Both the position numbers and the translations under genes were made by a program. This document shows positions 34,606-39,268 of a DNA stretch of 39,268 bases, in pieces. The DNA is taken from assembly GCA_964588985.1 (NCBI GenBank), contig CAZPQW010000028.1, positions 1 to 39,268 on the forward strand. The letters run 5' to 3'. The notes under the pieces are model-generated. The model was not told where the DNA came from and searched no databases. It saw only the letters and a program-made list of their open reading frames with translations. Source of the DNA: an uncultured Solirubrobacteraceae bacterium. GTDB taxonomy: Bacteria; Actinomycetota; Thermoleophilia; Solirubrobacterales; Solirubrobacteraceae. Each line of letters begins with the position of its first letter. Within the stretch, counting starts at the first letter, position 1.

Positions 34606-36095
34606 CCGCGCTCCACGACCACGCGCACCGTGTGCAGCAGCCGGTCGCTCGCGCCGCGCACGCTGCCGCCCAGCTCGAGGGTGTTCTGCACGTACGCGAG
34701 CGTCTCCGCCGTCAGACGCTCGCCCGGCAGTACGTTCGGGATCCCCGGCGGGTACGTCGCGAGCGACTCCGCCGCGATCCGCCCCACCGCCTGCGCCGCG
34801 GGCACCACCTCCTGCGCGCCGAGGTAGGCCTCGCGCGGGGTCATCGCCAGCTCTCCCCACGGCGGAGCCGCCGCGAAGCTTTCCGTCGCTCCCGCCGGTT
34901 CCAGACCCACCCGCTCGACCGCTTCGCGCAGCGCCTGCACCAGCCGCGCCGCCTCCTCCAGGCCGCGCTCGCCCATCCCGAACACCGCCACGAGCACGTT
35001 CTGCCCGTACAGCTCCAGGTTGATGTCGCCGATCTCGCGCAGCATCGGCGCGAGCTCGTAGCCGTTCGCCGCAACGCCGCGCACGTCCACCGCGAGGCGC
35101 AGCGGGTCGTACGCGAACACGCCCGGGCGACCCGCCATCCGCTCGTCGAGCACGTCGAGACCGTCGATCGCGCGGATCTGCGCGCGCGTGTCGACCAGCA
35201 CCGACATCGTGTGCCCCAGCAGCTCGCGACCGTGCACCGCCGCCTGGCGGCGCGCCGCGTCGAGCGACGCGAGCAGCAGCGCATTGGGGCTCGTGGACTC
35301 CGTCAGCGTCACCGCGCGGTCGACCGTGTCCTCGCCGATCATTCCCGTCGCGCCGTGGCCGTAGTGGAGCATCGCCGACTGCGTCAGGCTGCCCACGATC
35401 TTGTGCGTGCTCGAGATCACCAGGTCCGCGCCCGCCGCGAGCGCGTGCTCGGGGAGGTCCTCGTGGAAGGCCATGTGCGCGCCCCACGCCTCGTCCACGA
35501 TCAGCGGCACGCCGCGCGCGTGAGCCACCTCCGCGAGCGCCCTGATGTTCGCCACCGCGCCGAAGTACGTCGGCGAGATCACCCACGCGCCCACCGCTCC
35601 CGGCGTCGCCGCGAGCGCCTCATCGAGGCTCTCGGGCGCGAGGCAGTGCGCGATGCCCAGCTCGGCGTCGACCTCCGGCGCCACGAACGTCGGGCGCAGC
35701 CCCGACAGCACGAGCGAGTCGATCGTGCTCGAGTGCGCGTTGCGCTGCACCACCACCTCATCGCCGTGGTGGGCCAGCGAAAGCCCCGCCGCGAGGTTGC
35801 CCTGCGAGGCGCCGTTGATCAGGAACCACGCGCGCTTCGCCCCCCACGCCTGCGCCGCGAGCCGCTGTGCGCGCTCGAACGGCGTCGGATCGACGCCCAC
35901 GTCGACGCCGTATGTGAGCGCGGGGATGTCCATGCTCAGGGCGCGCTCGCCGATCGCCTCCAGCAGCCCCGGGTCGGCGCCCTGCCCGCCCTTGTGCCCC
36001 GGCACGTGCAGACGCGCGGGCCTGCGCCCAGCGTACTCGCACAGCGCGTCCAGATACGGCGTCTCCTGTTGTCCTGGGTCGGTCGTGGGGCTCAC
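34602..36095 (-). CDS. PLP-dependent Orn/Lys/Arg decarboxylase
   Basis: LHVPGHKGG, FLINGASQG, RNAHSS, VDEAWGAH, SSTHK (PLP Lys), STSP, YPPGIP; start GTG 36095. Confidence 0.93.
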   Translation of the reverse strand: MSPTTDPGQQETPYLDALCEYAGRRPARLHVPGHKGGQGADPGLLEAIGERALSMDIPALTYGVDVGVDPTPFERAQRLAAQAWGAKRAWFLINGASQGNLAAGLSLAHHGDEVVVQRNAHSSTIDSLVLSGLRPTFVAPEVDAELGIAHCLAPESLDEALAATPGAVGAWVISPTYFGAVANIRALAEVAHARGVPLIVDEAWGAHMAFHEDLPEHALAAGADLVISSTHKIVGSLTQSAMLHYGHGATGMIGEDTVDRAVTLTESTSPNALLLASLDAARRQAAVHGRELLGHTMSVLVDTRAQIRAIDGLDVLDERMAGRPGVFAYDPLRLAVDVRGVAANGYELAPMLREIGDINLELYGQNVLVAVFGMGERGLEEAARLVQALREAVERVGLEPAGATESFAAAPPWGELAMTPREAYLGAQEVVPAAQAVGRIAAESLATYPPGIPNVLPGERLTAETLAYVQNTLELGGSVRGASDRLLHTVRVVVERG

Positions 36096-36096
36096 A

Positions 36097-37068
36097 CTAT
36101 CGACCGCCGAGCAGCCCCTCGGACCGCAGCCATTCCTCGCAGCCGCGCATCCCCTGCTCCAGCCCCACCTTCGGCTCGAACGCCAGCAGCCGCCGCGCCT
36201 TCGCGATCGAGTACGTGCCCGTGCGGGTGAGGTAGCGGACCGAGTTGGGGTTGACGTCTCCGGGCGTCCCGCGCAGACGATCCACCGCCGCCAGGGCACC
36301 GGTCAGCACCACGAGCGCCGGCGTCGGCGCCGTGCGCACCCGCGAGCGACCGATCATCGCCGCGATCCGGCCGAAGTACTCGCCCGTGCTCACCCCGATC
36401 CCGCCCGACAGCGTGATCACCTCGCCCGCCGCCGGATTCGCGCCCGCCGCCGCGGCAATCCCGTCAATCAAATCGTCTATGTGCACCGGGCTGTGGATCC
36501 CGCGCCCGCCCATCGGCAGCACCAGGCGCCCGCGCTGGATCTCTTCGAGCGGCGTCAATATCCACGGGCGCGACCCGGGGCCGTACACGTCGCCCGGCCG
36601 CACCACCGTCACCGCGATCCTGCCCGCAGCGTGAGCCTGCAGCACCACCTGCTCGCCCGCGATCTTCGTGTCCACGTAGGGGACGCCCAGCAGGCGCACC
36701 GGGTGCTCCTCCTGCACGCCGTCGGGGAAATCGTTGCCGAACACCGTCACCGAGGAGAGCTGCACGAAACGGCTCGCCCCGCCCGTCACCGCCGCCTGCA
36801 GCGCGTTGTGCGTGCCGATCACGTTCACACGGTGAAAGTCCTCCAGGCCGGCGCGCAGCGACACGATCGCCGCGGTGTGAAAAACCGTATCGCAGCCCTG
36901 CGCGTGGCGCTGCCACTCACCCGCACTCGACACGTCCCCCGCGACCACGCCCAGCGCCGGGTCGGCGCGCACGTCCACCCCGCGAACCTCCACCCCCGCG
37001 GCGCGCAGCCTGCTCGCGAGCGCGCCGCCGATGAACCCGAGCGCCCCCGTGACGAAAGCGCGCTCCAT
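36097..37068 (-). CDS. NAD-dependent epimerase/dehydratase (extended SDR, 3-beta-HSD-like)
   Basis: VTGALGFIG, FHTAA, VQLSS, YVDTK (YxxxK), VRPGDVYGPG. Confidence 0.92.
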   Translation of the reverse strand: MERAFVTGALGFIGGALASRLRAAGVEVRGVDVRADPALGVVAGDVSSAGEWQRHAQGCDTVFHTAAIVSLRAGLEDFHRVNVIGTHNALQAAVTGGASRFVQLSSVTVFGNDFPDGVQEEHPVRLLGVPYVDTKIAGEQVVLQAHAAGRIAVTVVRPGDVYGPGSRPWILTPLEEIQRGRLVLPMGGRGIHSPVHIDDLIDGIAAAAGANPAAGEVITLSGGIGVSTGEYFGRIAAMIGRSRVRTAPTPALVVLTGALAAVDRLRGTPGDVNPNSVRYLTRTGTYSIAKARRLLAFEPKVGLEQGMRGCEEWLRSEGLLGGR

Positions 37069-37075
37069 CACACGC

Positions 37076-37906
37076 TCAGGAGGCCGCGTCCGCGACGGGC
37101 TTGGCCGTGCGGCGAAGGAGGCCCGTGTCACGGCTCAGCCGCTGCGCGAGTGTCACCGGAACGATCGTGATCGCGATCACCAGCAGCACCACCACGTTAA
37201 CCTGCGGCAGCTGCTGGCCGAGGCGGATGTTGCCGAAGATCCAGATCGGCAGCGTGTTCTGCGCGCCAGCGGTGAAGATCGTCACCACGATCTCGTCGAA
37301 CGACAGAGCGAACGCCAGCAGCCCGCCGGCGACGAGCGCGGTCGCGATCACCGGCAGCGTCACGAAGCGAAACGTCTGCCACCCGTCCGCCCCCAGGTCC
37401 ATCGACGCCTCCACCAGCGAGGACTGCGTGCGGCGCAGGCGCGCGAGCACGTTGTTGTAGACCACCACGATGCAGAACGTCGCATGCCCGATCACGATCG
37501 TCGTCAGTGAGAAGTTCACCCCGGAGAAGGTGATAAAGGAGTTCAGCGCCATCCCAGTGATGATTCCCGGCAGCGCCAGCGGCAGCACGAATATGAAGGA
37601 GATCGCTTCGCGTCCGAAGAAGCGGAAGCGGTGAACCGCGAACGCTCCCATCGACCCGAGGAGGATCGCGATCGCGGTCGAGAACAGCCCCGCGCGCACC
37701 GACAGCCACAGCGCGTGGCGCATTTCTTCGTTGTGCCACGTCGAGGAGAACCACTTCGTCGACAGGCCGCTCAGCGGCCAGCTCTGCACGTTCGACGGGT
37801 TGAACGCGTACACCACGATGATCGCGATCGGCACGAACAGGAACAGCATGATCAGCGCCGTCCACACGGCGAACGCCACGCGACTGAGTCTCCCCGTGCC
37901 GATCAC
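37076..37906 (-). CDS. Polyamine-type ABC transporter permease (PotC-like)
   Basis: STKWF, LVEASMDLGA (EAA loop), AFALSFDEIVVT, TLPIWIF. Confidence 0.9.
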   Translation of the reverse strand: MIGTGRLSRVAFAVWTALIMLFLFVPIAIIVVYAFNPSNVQSWPLSGLSTKWFSSTWHNEEMRHALWLSVRAGLFSTAIAILLGSMGAFAVHRFRFFGREAISFIFVLPLALPGIITGMALNSFITFSGVNFSLTTIVIGHATFCIVVVYNNVLARLRRTQSSLVEASMDLGADGWQTFRFVTLPVIATALVAGGLLAFALSFDEIVVTIFTAGAQNTLPIWIFGNIRLGQQLPQVNVVVLLVIAITIVPVTLAQRLSRDTGLLRRTAKPVADAAS

Positions 37907-38787
37907 AGCGCTTCGAACGCTCCCAGCCGGCGTGCCGCCAGCAGGTAGATACCCATCACTACCAGCGGCACCGTCGCGAACGCCGCCGCGAACGGCACGT
38001 TGTTCGCGATCCCCACGCTCTGGTAGACGACGTTGCCGATGAAGTCGGAGCCCGCGCCACCGACGAGCGTCGGGGTGATGAAGTCACCGAGCGTGAGCGC
38101 GAAGGTGAAGATCGACCCGGCGGCGATCCCCGGCAGGATCAGCGGGAACAGCACCGTGCGGAACGTTCGCCAGCCGCGCGCGCCGAGGTCGGCGGATGCC
38201 TCGATGTAGGAGTCGGGCACCCGTTCGATCGCCGACCACACCGGCAGGATCATGAACGGCAGCCAGATGTAGCTGAACACGATCCAGATCGCCCAGTTTG
38301 AGTAGCCGATGTTCACCGCCCCCAGTCCGATGTTTTCGAGCGCCCAGTTCAGCACGCCGTCTTTGGCGAGAATCAGCCGCCACACGTACACCCTCACGAG
38401 GTAGCTCGACCACAGCGGTATCAGCACCGCCACGAACAGCGCCGCCTGCAGGCGCTTGGATGCGATCCGCACGGCGAAGAACGCGAACGGCAGCGCGAGG
38501 ATCGCGTCCGTCACCGTCACCGCCGCCGCGATCCCGATCGTGCGCAGCGCGATCGTGCGATACACGGGAACGGTGAACAGCCTTTCGAAGTTCGCGAACG
38601 TCCAGTTGTGGACGAGCTTGCCGGTGAACGGTTCGACGCTCCACAGCGCGGAGATGAACAGCAGCGCGAGCGCCGCGATGTAGATCAGCACGAACCACGC
38701 TCCGGGCGCGGACAGCAGCAGGACGGCCCGCAGCCACGGCCGGCGGAAGAGCGCCGCCGACGTGCGGATGCGAGCCGTCCTGTTCAC
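37903..38787 (-). CDS. Polyamine-type ABC transporter permease (PotB-like)
   Basis: IPLWSSYLVRVYVW, YIWLPFMILP, IEASADLGA, LGDFITPTLVGG; start GTG 38787. Confidence 0.9.
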   Translation of the reverse strand: MNRTARIRTSAALFRRPWLRAVLLLSAPGAWFVLIYIAALALLFISALWSVEPFTGKLVHNWTFANFERLFTVPVYRTIALRTIGIAAAVTVTDAILALPFAFFAVRIASKRLQAALFVAVLIPLWSSYLVRVYVWRLILAKDGVLNWALENIGLGAVNIGYSNWAIWIVFSYIWLPFMILPVWSAIERVPDSYIEASADLGARGWRTFRTVLFPLILPGIAAGSIFTFALTLGDFITPTLVGGAGSDFIGNVVYQSVGIANNVPFAAAFATVPLVVMGIYLLAARRLGAFEAL

Positions 38788-38795
38788 AGCGATGC

Positions 38796-39268
38796 CTAGC
38801 CGGTTACTTCTGTCCACTTCTGCTGCCAGGCGGTGTAGTCCATGCAGTCGCTCTGGCCGTTGCCGCATTCGGCCACGGGGGTCTTCCAGAACTTGATGCT
38901 GTTGAAGTAAGCCGCCGACGCGTTCGCGTGGTACTGGCTGCACGAGCCCTTGGAGATCTTTTCCATTTCCCCGCACGCCTTCGTGTTCGCCGGAGTCTCT
39001 CCGAAGGAGAGCGCCTGCTCGGCCTGCACCTTCGGGCTCGACACCCAGTTCACCCATTTGTAGGCGCAGTTGGGGTCTTTGGCGTGCGCCGAGAGCATCC
39101 ACGTGTCCGCCCAGCCGGTCGCGCCCTCCGTCGGGATCAGGTCCTTGACGGCCACTTTGTCCGCCAGCAGCGTGTTCGTCTGGTACGGCCACGCCGCACC
39201 GACGACCGCGTCGCCGTTCTTGAACAGTTCGATCTCATCCGAGGCGAGCGCCCAGTACTTCTTGATCA
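38796..39268 (-). CDS. Polyamine-type ABC transporter substrate-binding protein (PotD/YdcS-like), 5' end outside the window
   Basis: PTEGATGWADTWML...PNCAYKW...WTEV; the frame stays open to the window edge. Confidence 0.85.
   Translation of the reverse strand, partial: IKKYWALASDEIELFKNGDAVVGAAWPYQTNTLLADKVAVKDLIPTEGATGWADTWMLSAHAKDPNCAYKWVNWVSSPKVQAEQALSFGETPANTKACGEMEKISKGSCSQYHANASAAYFNSIKFWKTPVAECGNGQSDCMDYTAWQQKWTEVTG

Noticed and set aside
34083-37170. Long plus-strand ORFs (715 aa and 541 aa)
   Set aside because: Antisense or off-frame shadows of the GATase, decarboxylase and epimerase genes, with no motifs.

Overview
High-GC actinobacterial DNA; gene content and surface-protein style suggest Thermoleophilia/Solirubrobacterales (inference). 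(1) 1-7512 is the right end of a tyrosine-integrase element ending in a 3' fragment of tRNA-Ala(TGC) (att site). It carries an excisionase-like HTH, an XRE regulator, a pseudo-receiver OmpR-type regulator and an AlbA_2/HATPase/HTH protein. It also holds a decayed second integrase copy, two copies of an unannotated 31-35 aa ORF that differ mostly at synonymous sites, and a lower-GC, translationally coupled three-gene cassette: two small membrane proteins plus an Lrp/AsnC-like + Schlafen (AlbA_2) protein. That cassette is the best candidate for a new system, possibly anti-phage. (2) 7.5-18.5 kb holds three large secreted surface proteins (one split by an in-frame TGA), a TetR/DUF2867 pair and a TetR/MFS pair with visible operators. 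(3) 18.7-31.4 kb is a Bacillus-type chemotaxis cluster (cheW-B-R-A-C-D-fliM-fliY-cheY-cheW-mcp-mcp) with sigma28-like promoters, an apparently identical 453 bp cheW duplication and an apparently identical 869 bp MCP signalling-domain duplication. (4) tRNA-Ala(CGC) is followed by a lower-GC islet encoding two exported proteins. (5) The window ends with a GATase, an Orn/Lys/Arg decarboxylase, an NAD-dependent epimerase and a polyamine-type ABC transporter that runs off the edge. All family calls come from motif recognition by eye; no searches were run.
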